Shown: positions 1 to 9,044 of the stretch, in pieces | Layout of the letters: every line of letters starts with the position of its first letter | Numbering within the stretch: the first letter of the stretch is position 1 | Sequence record: NC_027364.1 | Direction: 5' to 3' (one strand) | DNA: 64,000 nucleotides | Notes under the pieces: generated by a model | Seen by the model: the letters and a program-made list of their open reading frames with translations, nothing else | What the model was told of the DNA's origin: nothing | Databases searched by the model: none | Program-made: the position numbers and the translations under genes

Positions 1-5
1 TTACC

Positions 6-272
6 TTATTTAAATTCGACTGTAATTTTATCACCTTCAACTACGAACTTACAGTTGTAGCGACGTGCCATATCCATGTACATATGCTCAGAGTACCAAG
101 GAACATCAATAATCGGATGCTCTGCATATTGTAAAACTTCACGGTCGCCCACTGTAGTAATGATGAAAGGAATGTTCATCTCTCGTAAAAACAGTTCAGC
201 ACCAGGAGAACGATTAATAAATTCAGTATCATTACGTAAAGTAAATCCATTATATTGTAATTTAAGCTTCAT
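6..272 (-). CDS. hypothetical protein
   Basis: 88-aa ORF in packed minus-strand gene run, SD-like GAGG upstream. Confidence 0.7.
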   Translation of the reverse strand: MKLKLQYNGFTLRNDTEFINRSPGAELFLREMNIPFIITTVGDREVLQYAEHPIIDVPWYSEHMYMDMARRYNCKFVVEGDKITVEFK

Positions 273-286
273 ATGTTATCCTCTAT

Positions 287-631
287 TCAATACCATTCTT
301 TAAAACCATTAAGTTCGGCTACGTGAGTGATTATAACACATATAACATTCAGGTCAAGTATAATTTGATCATAATTTAATTTTATACGATCATCATTATA
401 TGCTCTAAAAACTACATCGTAATCAAAGAAATTTGCGTTTTCATCATTCATTGAAACGATTCGGTATCTACGTCTTCCATCTGTATTGAATATAGTTAAA
501 CACTGTTGAAACTTTCTCATTAACTGTTTAGATAGGATATTATAATATTCAATATCTTTTTGTGAATTACGTGGGTCATCAGGAAGATAGAATGAAACAA
601 ATTTCTTTAATTCTATTTGAGTTTTATCCAT
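287..631 (-). CDS. hypothetical protein
   Basis: 114-aa ORF coupled to neighbour. Confidence 0.7.
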   Translation of the reverse strand: MDKTQIELKKFVSFYLPDDPRNSQKDIEYYNILSKQLMRKFQQCLTIFNTDGRRRYRIVSMNDENANFFDYDVVFRAYNDDRIKLNYDQIILDLNVICVIITHVAELNGFKEWY

Positions 632-1064
632 ATATTACCTCATTTGTTTCTCTTTTACTTTGTCGGAACTCATCCTTTGCTTCCTTAACTGACATGATAC
701 GAACTAATTTAGCACTACCGCAATAGTACTGAACCTGATTACGACCAATGTCTACATGGTGGTCTGGAACTTCATATACAGATATAGCAAACCCAGCACG
801 ATGCAATTTACCTAAGTCCATAGTGAAGAATCTGAACAAATCTTTCAAACTTTGACAGCCAAATACCCATCCACTTTTGATTGAATAAATCCCATCCTCA
901 GTTGGTTCAGGTTGGAATTGAGAAGGTGTAGTCATGAGCAAACGGTCAAATCCATTTTTAGTACTGTATCTGGTTGAATACCGTGCAAACGGACCTACAG
1001 TTCGTGCAGGATCTAAGTTAGGTTCAATGTAACTAAATTTAAGTTCAAAACGATATACATACAT
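624..1064 (-). CDS. conserved phage hypothetical protein (possible ART-like fold)
   Basis: VYR...GPF...P.P..DG...FG.QS...F...GF..SVYEV...V..G..QV pattern typical of a widespread phage family. Confidence 0.6.
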   Translation of the reverse strand: MYVYRFELKFSYIEPNLDPARTVGPFARYSTRYSTKNGFDRLLMTTPSQFQPEPTEDGIYSIKSGWVFGCQSLKDLFRFFTMDLGKLHRAGFAISVYEVPDHHVDIGRNQVQYYCGSAKLVRIMSVKEAKDEFRQSKRETNEVIYG

Positions 1065-1092
1065 AATTAAAATCCTCTAATTTATTAAGAGA

Positions 1093-1122
1093 ATTATAAC
1101 AAAAAAGGCTGACCGAAGTCAA
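1093..1122 (-). promoter_or_regulatory. sigma70-type promoter TTGACT-N18-TATAAT (extended -10), overlapping a terminator
   Basis: motifs read directly. Confidence 0.7.
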
Positions 1123-1126
1123 CCTT
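1101..1126 (-). terminator. intrinsic terminator
   Basis: AAGGTTGAC-TTCG-GTCAGCCTT followed by T run. Confidence 0.75.
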
Positions 1127-1310
1127 TGTTTTGAAGTTCTTGAACTAATTGTCGTACTTCGTTAATATTTTTACACTGCTTTACAGTGAAGTAATCATAC
1201 TTACGACCATAGGTTCTTGGGTCATCACCTTCCATATACTGCTGCACATCAAAGATTTGTAAGTAGGGATGCTGCATAACACGAATATTATCACTTTGAT
1301 AAATCAACAT
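1119..1310 (-). CDS. hypothetical protein
   Basis: start moved to MLIYQ (AAGGA SD); ORF track gives 1364. Confidence 0.6.
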   Translation of the reverse strand: MLIYQSDNIRVMQHPYLQIFDVQQYMEGDDPRTYGRKYDYFTVKQCKNINEVRQLVQELQNKG

Positions 1311-1314
1311 AATA

Positions 1315-1665
1315 TCAATCCTTATATTTACACAAGCCACCAAAACTAGTTTCTTTAGCACCACGACGCATCATAACTAATTTAGCATATTGTGTGCCAT
1401 TACTATCTTCATATACATCTACTTCAATAAACGCTAAGAAGTTAGGGTCTGTGTCGTTAGAAAACTCAGTGAAGCTAATGTCGCCTACTGTATGCTCTTT
1501 AACAAACGTATATGATTGTCCATCAATATATACAATATCTCGATCGTCACTATCACCTTGATAGATATGTTTAATATTACCATCTGTACAAACTAAACCT
1601 TCCAATGGTTCAGCATATGACAATCCACACATTAACATACATACAAAAAATAAAATAATTTTCAT
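1315..1665 (-). CDS. secreted/periplasmic small protein with Cys pair
   Basis: signal peptide (..GLSYA/E), one Cys near each end of the mature part. Confidence 0.7.
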   Translation of the reverse strand: MKIILFFVCMLMCGLSYAEPLEGLVCTDGNIKHIYQGDSDDRDIVYIDGQSYTFVKEHTVGDISFTEFSNDTDPNFLAFIEVDVYEDSNGTQYAKLVMMRRGAKETSFGGLCKYKD

Positions 1666-1667
1666 GA

Positions 1668-2045
1668 TTATTTTCCTCCAACGTTAAGTGATTTCTTGTA
1701 CTGATATTCTTTATAAGTACTATACCATATATCACCAACGTAAATCAAGTACCACGTAGCAGGATAAAGAGCCAATCCAGTACTGATGTATACGAACTTT
1801 TGGTCAAGGACATCAAATACATACAGAAGGAAAGTTACTCCCATAATGCAAGAACAAATTAACCACAAGTTATAAGCAATCGAATCGCAAGCAAAAATAG
1901 AATCAAGCTTAGAAATTAGGACATATTTGTTTGTTAAAATGAAATGAATTACTGCAACTAAACAATATCCTGCCATAAAAATAGAAATTAAAAAAGACAG
2001 AATAATTGGAATATTCAACAACAAAAGTAAAATAGTGTTTACCAT
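1668..2045 (-). CDS. membrane protein
   Basis: about 3 hydrophobic segments. Confidence 0.7.
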   Translation of the reverse strand: MVNTILLLLLNIPIILSFLISIFMAGYCLVAVIHFILTNKYVLISKLDSIFACDSIAYNLWLICSCIMGVTFLLYVFDVLDQKFVYISTGLALYPATWYLIYVGDIWYSTYKEYQYKKSLNVGGK

Positions 2046-2055
2046 TTTTTAAGTC

Positions 2056-2415
2056 CTATATTTCACAGTGTAAGTTCAATTTATCTATATCTAGGTCACG
2101 GCGTACCGATGAGTCCAAGTAAATTACTATATAGATATCACCATTACCAGTTCTTGGGTCTACAATTAATATTACGTTTGCTAATGTACCAGAATCATCT
2201 CTATAAGTCGAGATTTTTTTATTACCGATAATACTTTCTACTTTAAAACGATAAATCACACCATCAACAACTATATTTTTACCATTTCTAGGGTCGTTAG
2301 TCAATACATGCCACGTTCCCTTAGTACTACGACAATATGTTTCTGCTGCTGCACCATAACTAAAACATGAAAATAATGCACACACAAGTGCTATTAATTT
2401 TATATAACTCTTCAT
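2056..2415 (-). CDS. secreted/periplasmic small protein, similar layout to 1315..1665
   Basis: signal peptide, Cys pair, IVVDGVIYRF vs IVYIDGQSYTF. Confidence 0.7.
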   Translation of the reverse strand: MKSYIKLIALVCALFSCFSYGAAAETYCRSTKGTWHVLTNDPRNGKNIVVDGVIYRFKVESIIGNKKISTYRDDSGTLANVILIVDPRTGNGDIYIVIYLDSSVRRDLDIDKLNLHCEI

Positions 2416-2493
2416 AACAAACCTCTAACGAGAAATACTTCTGTACTATATATATGTACAGAAGTATTTAATACTATAGAGATATTTTCACTG

Positions 2494-2820
2494 TTACATC
2501 TTATTCGTGAACTTGAATTTGATAATATCAATCCAAATTTTAACATTTCCTGCAAATAGTGCTTTGATTAGCCACATAATTGCAACAAAGTTCTCAACTA
2601 AATCCAAAGTTTTAACTACTGCACCGAGTGGGAAGATAAAACTCAAAACCCATACAATTACTGAAACCACAACGACTGCATAGAAAATACGCACAATCGG
2701 TGAATCAAGCATAAACAACTCAGAGAACTCTTTTTTATCATTATCATCAGTAATAAAGCATTCGTAAACCAGAAGCCAAATCAGAATTAAAGACGGAATT
2801 GAAATTAGTACTGATAGCAT
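2494..2820 (-). CDS. membrane protein
   Basis: hydrophobic segments. Confidence 0.7.
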   Translation of the reverse strand: MLSVLISIPSLILIWLLVYECFITDDNDKKEFSELFMLDSPIVRIFYAVVVVSVIVWVLSFIFPLGAVVKTLDLVENFVAIMWLIKALFAGNVKIWIDIIKFKFTNKM

Positions 2821-2866
2821 ATTTTTTACCTCAAGTTTAAGTGTTAAGTTTCAGACTACAGGAACC

Positions 2867-2894
2867 ATTATACAGTACTACGAACGTTTGTCAA
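2867..2894 (-). promoter_or_regulatory. promoter TTGACA-N16-TATAAT with TAGTACTG abutting the -10
   Basis: motifs read directly. Confidence 0.7.
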
Positions 2895-3120
2895 CATTTG
2901 TTTCTTCAATAAGCATAAGATAACTTAACACGAAGAGTAATACCGAAATAATATCAATAACCGTAAAGCTCACGGGAATAATAATAGACACTAGAACGAG
3001 TGCCACGTTTAGCAAGAATACAGTAGTGAGATCTACCATCGTTCGTCTAGTGGCTAATGCCACTAGTGTAGGATAGAACATAAACAATAGTGCAACAACA
3101 AAACTTAGTACTAGATACAT
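2878..3120 (-). CDS. superinfection immunity (Imm)-like membrane protein
   Basis: FYPTLVA..R....TVFLLNV pattern resembles the T4 Imm family. Confidence 0.45.
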   Translation of the reverse strand: MYLVLSFVVALLFMFYPTLVALATRRTMVDLTTVFLLNVALVLVSIIIPVSFTVIDIISVLLFVLSYLMLIEETNVDKRS

Positions 3121-3791
3121 TTCTTTTTCACCTTAATAAAATTATAACACAAAACCACATCAACATCTGGCTCATCACACAAGTACTCAAAACGTTCTTT
3201 ACTTCGTTTAGTACCGATATACTCACCATTCTTATGCCAACGCCATCCACCATCCTTTGGTTGTTCAGACTTCAGTACTGGGTGATAGCACAAGACAATT
3301 TCTTCTGGACCTTCAATTAGGTTCTTGTACTTCTTCATAATCTGTTCAAGCGTATCTGCTACACCATAAGATGAATGCATAAGATAAGACTCAGGACGTG
3401 GACGTCCACTTGGTAGAATATCATCAGTACTATTAAAGATAGCACGGAAGTCTTCAGATGTGTATAGACTTCCATCTTCATGGATCATTGGGTATTCATC
3501 CACGACATCGTAATCAGTGAAGTGTTCAATTGCATGTGCAGGTCGATAACCTGCAAGGATACCTGCATGTTTAGTCTGGACAATAGTCATAACAGATGTA
3601 TTGTTGTTTACATTTGGATCATGAATTTCAGCCCAAAACGGATGATTTGGATCAAAAGTTGCATTTACCAATGTACACTCACCAATGTAGTCAAACATAG
3701 TTTCCTTGAAGTTTAAAGAAACTCCACGTAATGCCCAGTCAGGTGAAGTGATGAAATTAAGATTAACTAACATAAGTATCCTCAGATGCAA
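3111..3791 (-). CDS. conserved phage hypothetical protein
   Basis: SYGVAD...GGWRWHK.GEYIG...EYL.DEP motif set; start uncertain. Confidence 0.7.
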   Translation of the reverse strand: MHLRILMLVNLNFITSPDWALRGVSLNFKETMFDYIGECTLVNATFDPNHPFWAEIHDPNVNNNTSVMTIVQTKHAGILAGYRPAHAIEHFTDYDVVDEYPMIHEDGSLYTSEDFRAIFNSTDDILPSGRPRPESYLMHSSYGVADTLEQIMKKYKNLIEGPEEIVLCYHPVLKSEQPKDGGWRWHKNGEYIGTKRSKERFEYLCDEPDVDVVLCYNFIKVKKKCI

Positions 3792-3805
3792 TTTTTTTGA
3801 TGTGG

Positions 3806-4021
3806 TTATTGTATCAAAGATGTATCGATTTGTACAACATTTATTGTAACTATTTCGTACATATAGTCAGGTGCATTGAACTCAGCATACCACTCAATGA
3901 TCTCACAAGCAGCATCAACTTGGTTGTTCGCATTAACACGTCTTGCATAGGTACTAGACATTTTATATCTACCATTTACATACACGTTATATACACCATG
4001 ACACCACCACATCTTAGTCAT
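3806..4021 (-). CDS. hypothetical protein
   Basis: 71-aa ORF coupled to neighbour. Confidence 0.6.
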   Translation of the reverse strand: MTKMWWCHGVYNVYVNGRYKMSSTYARRVNANNQVDAACEIIEWYAEFNAPDYMYEIVTINVVQIDTSLIQ

Positions 4022-4232
4022 TTATACTAGGCCATACTTTGTATTGTAAGTTCTGGTATTGAAATTTACCAATTTCATTTTTCTTACGGAATGATTCATC
4101 TACTTGAATTTCCGCATCGTACTGACCATCAGCCTGTACAACGTACTTAAATTCTTCTACGTGTGAAAAACGTAGACCTTCACCTTCTGGTTTATAGACT
4201 TGTACTAAACCTTCAACTAGATATAAATTCAT
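4014..4232 (-). CDS. hypothetical protein
   Basis: 72-aa ORF coupled to neighbour. Confidence 0.65.
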   Translation of the reverse strand: MNLYLVEGLVQVYKPEGEGLRFSHVEEFKYVVQADGQYDAEIQVDESFRKKNEIGKFQYQNLQYKVWPSIND

Positions 4233-4235
4233 TTA

Positions 4236-4457
4236 TCATTCCTCATCACTTTCAGTTAGTATAATGCTATGTACAGTTTCCACATAGCGGTGTGTTTTGG
4301 GTGTGTTATACTTTGTAATTTCATCAAACAATTTAAACAGTGCATCTACTTCACTAAGAGCACGAATGAATACATCCATCTTGGTGACTACTCTGGAAAA
4401 CCCGCGTATGTTATTAAATTCAGAGACGTGTTCATACACAACATAGTATCTATTCAT
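4236..4457 (-). CDS. hypothetical protein
   Basis: 73-aa ORF with ATGA overlap. Confidence 0.65.
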   Translation of the reverse strand: MNRYYVVYEHVSEFNNIRGFSRVVTKMDVFIRALSEVDALFKLFDEITKYNTPKTHRYVETVHSIILTESDEE

Positions 4458-4972
4458 ATATTAAAAAGTTCCATGAATTCATTGAATAAAGAAGTTCTAA
4501 TGCACATAACAAATTCAAAATCAACATCTATGGTGTCAAGTAGTTTGAACAACTTTGGTACTAATGGATCATTCACCTCAAAGTTATGAATCAAACTTTG
4601 TTGAAACACATTTTCTTCAGTACTATAATCAATAACAAAATATTCAGCAATACCAGGTGGTGTGTAAACATCATATAAAATATGGCGGTGATGATTTGTT
4701 TTAGAACTAGGGGAATATATAAGTTCTATTTCATAAGATTTATCAGCACTGCGTGCGTAACAAACAATATCAGTACTCGTTATTTCTGAACCATCACTTC
4801 TCTCTGAAAAACAAACATCAGCATAGCGTTTTCCAGAGAGATTCAAAAGGTCATGAGTTGTTTTACCATAACAGAAATCAGTTTCAATGCGTATCACATC
4901 TTGATATTCAATTGGTCTTGTATCGCGGCGTTCACGATTAAACACTAATTTCAACAACTCATTAATATCCAT
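4454..4972 (-). CDS. EExxFQxS-motif family protein
   Basis: C-terminal STEENVFQQSLIHN. Confidence 0.7.
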   Translation of the reverse strand: MDINELLKLVFNRERRDTRPIEYQDVIRIETDFCYGKTTHDLLNLSGKRYADVCFSERSDGSEITSTDIVCYARSADKSYEIELIYSPSSKTNHHRHILYDVYTPPGIAEYFVIDYSTEENVFQQSLIHNFEVNDPLVPKLFKLLDTIDVDFEFVMCIRTSLFNEFMELFNI

Positions 4973-5172
4973 TATTTCGCCTCGATAACCTTAAGGTTAA
5001 CAAAATCACCTTTTACTTTCATGCATTTGAATTCAGTGCGAGTTTCATCCCCACTATCGCGAGGCCAATGAGTGGCAGAGTAGCACTGGTCTGGTGTTTT
5101 ATATACACCTTCACCAATAGTACGAGTGATTTCACCATTGGTGAGAACTACTGCGAGATATAAAGTAAACAT
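4972..5172 (-). CDS. small exported/membrane protein with two Cys
   Basis: start at MFTLYL (AAGG SD); ORF track gives 5229. Confidence 0.6.
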   Translation of the reverse strand: MFTLYLAVVLTNGEITRTIGEGVYKTPDQCYSATHWPRDSGDETRTEFKCMKVKGDFVNLKVIEAK

Positions 5173-5182
5173 GATATTCGCC

Positions 5183-5329
5183 TTAGAATAATTTATTAAT
5201 AATAATAGCACCCAACGCAAGAACTGCAATAATTACAGATACCCACATTACTGCATTCACTGTACCAGTAAGTTCTTTATCAAACTCCCTGCACTTCTTG
5301 CGGTAATCTTCCCACTCTTTGTTATTCAC
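5183..5329 (-). CDS. small membrane protein (48 aa, not in ORF track)
   Basis: GTG start overlapping upstream TGA; MNNKEWEDYRKK...C-terminal TM. Confidence 0.55.
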   Translation of the reverse strand: MNNKEWEDYRKKCREFDKELTGTVNAVMWVSVIIAVLALGAIIINKLF

Positions 5330-5541
5330 ACTGCCACTCCTAATAGGTCGGTAGCTTTCTTGAGTACTACGTCAATGGTTTCCAGTACTGCACCTTTGTG
5401 TTCAATTGATACAATATTATTATAAGTATCAAGGTCCAAGTACTCCATATATTCAGTTTTGAATACACGAACATCAGTACTAGTGATTTTAATATCACAA
5501 CCTTTATCCCAAATAACCTGCATCATTTCATTGGTAGTCAT
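5326..5541 (-). CDS. hypothetical protein
   Basis: 71-aa ORF coupled to neighbour. Confidence 0.65.
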   Translation of the reverse strand: MTTNEMMQVIWDKGCDIKITSTDVRVFKTEYMEYLDLDTYNNIVSIEHKGAVLETIDVVLKKATDLLGVAV

Positions 5542-5816
5542 TATTCAACCTTATCATAAACAAGTTTGTGTGTGCTTAGTACTTTGTTGTGATGTCCAGG
5601 GCATTCATATACATACAATCGCTCCTGTCGTTTTTCCCAACCACCACAGATACGACCTGATTGTGTACATACCTCATACTCGTTAATAAAAGACTTACCT
5701 GTGAATGTACAATCCTGACGAACTAAGTCTTTTGCACTAAACCTGCCGTCATCATTACATGCTGTAAGAAACATTGTACAGAATACAAAGACAACTGTCA
5801 ATAGTTTTTTAATCAT
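5541..5816 (-). CDS. putative lipoprotein
   Basis: lipobox FLTAC; extra Cys residues. Confidence 0.7.
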   Translation of the reverse strand: MIKKLLTVVFVFCTMFLTACNDDGRFSAKDLVRQDCTFTGKSFINEYEVCTQSGRICGGWEKRQERLYVYECPGHHNKVLSTHKLVYDKVE

Positions 5817-6181
5817 TGAACATCACCCCAACGGAAGCCATTCATATAATTCAAATTCACCTCAACGAGTTCATGTGTTTTTGTACACCAAATTGATAGA
5901 GTTTTTGTAACATCACCAGGTGAACTTTCATACTTCACACAATACCCTTCAATGCGAAGAGTTTTGTTAGTCCAATGTTGCCACTCAATCCAAATTTCAT
6001 TAGGATAATAAACCATATCTTCCTTGAACCTATGGTATTGATCCATCGGTAAGTGACCTTCAACTTCAATTACTTCAGCACTTCGAACAAGTTTGTCAAG
6101 CTTGTACTTTATCTCAGCAAGATATTCTTCATCATTCAGACGAGTTAATAAATCTGCTGCACGTGTTGTATCAAGGCTCAT
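5813..6181 (-). CDS. hypothetical protein
   Basis: 122-aa ORF coupled to neighbour. Confidence 0.7.
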   Translation of the reverse strand: MSLDTTRAADLLTRLNDEEYLAEIKYKLDKLVRSAEVIEVEGHLPMDQYHRFKEDMVYYPNEIWIEWQHWTNKTLRIEGYCVKYESSPGDVTKTLSIWCTKTHELVEVNLNYMNGFRWGDVQ

Positions 6182-6183
6182 TG

Positions 6184-6429
6184 TTATTCTCCATGAATTA
6201 CGGAAGTGTTGATTCGTGTTTTACCGCTAGTGTATCCAGTACTTGTATTTGCATTAGGACAGTACACAGTGTATAAAGTCGCACCAGCACCATCTTGTTG
6301 CATACGATAAATCTTACACCCTGCTTCTTTTAATTCAGCAGGTAGAACAAAATCACTTGTACGTTCTTTGGTAGAAGCATCACATGCAGTGAGTAGAAAT
6401 GCGACGAGTACTGCTACGATATATTTCAT
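6184..6429 (-). CDS. putative lipoprotein
   Basis: lipobox LLTAC. Confidence 0.7.
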   Translation of the reverse strand: MKYIVAVLVAFLLTACDASTKERTSDFVLPAELKEAGCKIYRMQQDGAGATLYTVYCPNANTSTGYTSGKTRINTSVIHGE

Positions 6430-6737
6430 TAACGAACCTCCACTTCTTGAGAAAGAGCATGAGTCAGTGCATTTGAATTCGAACTATTCATTTCACGCTG
6501 ACATACAAACATAATGGCATCTTGTACTGAACCTGCGATTTCATACTCACGACCTTCTGGATCAGTTACCAGATGTTCAACGATACAACCACCACGCAGT
6601 ACAGAAGCACCAGTACTTACACTAATTCTGTAACCTAAGAAATCAAACTGCATACATGCGTCAGTAGGTTTCATCCAATAACCGCTGTTTTTATTCAAAT
6701 CGATGATTACAAAACCTTGAGTGTTAGTTTGAAACAT
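6429..6737 (-). CDS. hypothetical protein
   Basis: 102 aa, GAGG SD. Confidence 0.7.
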   Translation of the reverse strand: MFQTNTQGFVIIDLNKNSGYWMKPTDACMQFDFLGYRISVSTGASVLRGGCIVEHLVTDPEGREYEIAGSVQDAIMFVCQREMNSSNSNALTHALSQEVEVR

Positions 6738-6831
6738 AGTTAATTCCTCATTTAATTTAAAAGGGCGGGAACGCAGTGACGAGTACGATTATGCTGTCTT
6801 TCCTTTCACTGCATTCCCTTTTATATAAAAC

Positions 6832-6860
6832 ATAATACTGCTATTATTCAGTACTGTCAA
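6832..6860 (-). promoter_or_regulatory. promoter TTGACA-N17-TATTAT
   Basis: motifs read directly. Confidence 0.65.
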
Positions 6861-7150
6861 TCGATATAAGTACCTTTTTTAACATCACAGACTTCTTCCA
6901 TCCAATGTGGATTTTCGTTTTTATCAGTGAAGATTTGTTCTGCTTCTTCTTTTGTTTCAGCTAGGACAATACGATCCCCTTCATCCAAATCACGGATACG
7001 ATACACTTTCAGTTCTTGTTTCTTCTCAAGAATATTACACAGTTCACGTGCTTTTTCTTCATCGCACTTCCCTTCATTAGCATAAAACCAAATTGCTTTT
7101 TTAATAAGGTCACGTTCTTCTTTAGAAAAAGACATAATATTTCCTATCAT
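6857..7150 (-). CDS. hypothetical protein
   Basis: 97-aa ORF downstream of promoter. Confidence 0.65.
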   Translation of the reverse strand: MIGNIMSFSKEERDLIKKAIWFYANEGKCDEEKARELCNILEKKQELKVYRIRDLDEGDRIVLAETKEEAEQIFTDKNENPHWMEEVCDVKKGTYID

Positions 7151-7180
7151 TTGTTAAAGTGGATTTCGTTTGATATAAAC

Positions 7181-7208
7181 ATTATACAGTACTGATATCT
7201 TATGTCAA
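7181..7208 (-). promoter_or_regulatory. promoter TTGACA-N16-TATAAT with CAGTACTG abutting the -10
   Basis: motifs read directly. Confidence 0.7.
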
Positions 7209-7211
7209 GTA

Positions 7212-7295
7212 TTAATCACCAAAAATCATCAGATACCCAAACCAACCCACACAGACGACTAAGCTAACAATACCAAAGACAATCTCTAAAGTCAT
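7212..7295 (-). CDS. 27-aa membrane peptide (not in ORF track)
   Basis: MTLEIVFGIVSLVVCVGWFGYLMIFGD, GGA SD, fills the gap. Confidence 0.45.
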   Translation of the reverse strand: MTLEIVFGIVSLVVCVGWFGYLMIFGD

Positions 7296-7304
7296 GTTGT
7301 ATCC

Positions 7305-7523
7305 TTAATCAATGATTTTATATTCACGATGACCATAGAATCCAGCCTCAAGGATGCGATTGCCATCAGCATCTTCCAAGTCCCAACCACGGGATGTTTC
7401 GGCAATAATAGTCATGATGTGACCTCTTGGGAAAATCCCACTCAGAGTGGATACATCCTCAAGTAATTGAACTTTCTTTCCAACATTGGAATTCGGTTTA
7501 AACATTTTATGGCCCTTATTCAT
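7305..7523 (-). CDS. hypothetical protein (SH3-like beta barrel?)
   Basis: 72-aa ORF. Confidence 0.6.
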   Translation of the reverse strand: MNKGHKMFKPNSNVGKKVQLLEDVSTLSGIFPRGHIMTIIAETSRGWDLEDADGNRILEAGFYGHREYKIID

Positions 7524-7698
7524 TGATCACATCAAGTACTTTATCCAGCTTTTTACCAATGCTTTCCTTTGGTTTCTCACCATTCTGGAATACATCAGAA
7601 CTGCAATACTCAGGACGCGTATTAGGAAACTTCTCGTTCATCCAGGAGTGACCGTAAACACCCAGCATGATGCCAACGATAAGAATGATAATTTGCAT
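7516..7698 (-). CDS. small membrane-anchored protein
   Basis: N-terminal hydrophobic stretch. Confidence 0.6.
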   Translation of the reverse strand: MQIIILIVGIMLGVYGHSWMNEKFPNTRPEYCSSDVFQNGEKPKESIGKKLDKVLDVINE

Positions 7699-7713
7699 GA
7701 TAATTTCCTCTGA

Positions 7714-8502
7714 TTAAATGTTAGTAGTATAGTACTTGATTTCGTTTTGAATTGCAAGTTCTATTTGTTTATTGAAAAGAATTCCAAACTCTTTGATTGA
7801 TTCACAATCGAATTCAATAGAAAAAGTATACTCTGGTATACGTACATTGTCAATACCCAAATACTCTTTTATGTAAATTTTAATGAGTTCACATAGTGCA
7901 GTACTAAGACATTGAATTTCAAAATGTTTTGCACCTTTGTCAAAATACTTGAATGCATCAATATCACCTACAATAAAACTATTCTTTAATGTAGTGAATA
8001 GGTTCTCAGGAAACACGGTAATAGGTGACATTGATTTAAGAATGTATGTATCTTTGGCATTCTTAATGTACTCAATGAAGCAGTAGTTAACGTCAGGCTC
8101 GATTGAACGATCCGCGTTATGATACCAGTGTTTAAACTCACTGTATTCAGCAAACTTATGCTGGCGTAATGCGTTACAATCTTCACACAGTGCAGTCATG
8201 TTCTCTTTATCATTACCGCCCTGAAGACAGTCAAGTACATTATGGTCTAACGTCATGCGTACAAGGCGTTTCCCTTTAAGTACATAAGGTCTGAATTTAT
8301 AACGTTCTTTAGTACTGTGCTTATGTAAAGTGAATACCACATTGGATTCACCACAACAATCACATTTAAAGCCATCACGTGACATTACATGAATGAGTTT
8401 TCGAGTATTTGGACCAAACTCTGATTTGGTAATGTTACCTACAATTTCTGATGGTTTGTAGTATTTTGAATTCCGGCGAATCAATTCATCTATAGTGCTC
8501 AT
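7714..8502 (-). CDS. HNH endonuclease family protein
   Basis: RDGFKCDCCG...TLDH...GG...N...LCEDCN zinc-binding HNH pattern. Confidence 0.8.
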   Translation of the reverse strand: MSTIDELIRRNSKYYKPSEIVGNITKSEFGPNTRKLIHVMSRDGFKCDCCGESNVVFTLHKHSTKERYKFRPYVLKGKRLVRMTLDHNVLDCLQGGNDKENMTALCEDCNALRQHKFAEYSEFKHWYHNADRSIEPDVNYCFIEYIKNAKDTYILKSMSPITVFPENLFTTLKNSFIVGDIDAFKYFDKGAKHFEIQCLSTALCELIKIYIKEYLGIDNVRIPEYTFSIEFDCESIKEFGILFNKQIELAIQNEIKYYTTNI

Positions 8503-8503
8503 T

Positions 8504-8734
8504 TTATATTATTCCTTCTTTGTTACAACCTATAATTATTTTTGTAACTTCGATAACTCGTACCAAATGATATCCGTGAAAAAAGTTAAAACCATACATT
8601 TGTGCTAATGCATCGGCTTCAGATTTTGCACGGATACATGATAGATATAATTCTCGTATATCACCATCTAATGATGCTTGTTTCTCGTCATTGATAACAA
8701 TAGCACGAATCTCAAAACGAACACCATAACTCAT
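8504..8734 (-). CDS. hypothetical protein
   Basis: 76-aa ORF coupled to neighbour. Confidence 0.6.
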   Translation of the reverse strand: MSYGVRFEIRAIVINDEKQASLDGDIRELYLSCIRAKSEADALAQMYGFNFFHGYHLVRVIEVTKIIIGCNKEGII

Positions 8735-8940
8735 TTAGTTTGACCCACAATAAGTTTCTCTTTAGTATTACTATTGTAACACCACATTTGTTCTTTACTA
8801 ACTGTAATCCAAATATCTTTGTTTACTTGTTCGTATGTACTATCACGTAATGCAATGCATTGATTCATGGAATTCATTGGGGTTATTTGTACACCGGAAT
8901 TAACAGAAAAAGCTATTACTAAAAAGATTACTGAATTCAT
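8731..8940 (-). CDS. small exported protein with two Cys
   Basis: hydrophobic N-terminus; M.QC...WC. Confidence 0.65.
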   Translation of the reverse strand: MNSVIFLVIAFSVNSGVQITPMNSMNQCIALRDSTYEQVNKDIWITVSKEQMWCYNSNTKEKLIVGQTK

Positions 8941-9004
8941 TGGATATTCCTTAATGGTTAATCATCCATCTCTTCGAGATGTCTGTTCGCTTCTAATACT
9001 ACGT

Positions 9005-9033
9005 ATTCTACGCGAATGATTAATAACTGTCAA
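9005..9033 (-). promoter_or_regulatory. promoter TTGACA-N17-TAGAAT
   Basis: motifs read directly. Confidence 0.75.
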
Positions 9034-9044
9034 GGACTTTTAAT

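Noticed and set aside
7714-8502. HNH gene as an intron-borne or mobile homing element
   Set aside because: No interrupted host gene or intron structure around it; treated as a free-standing HNH protein.
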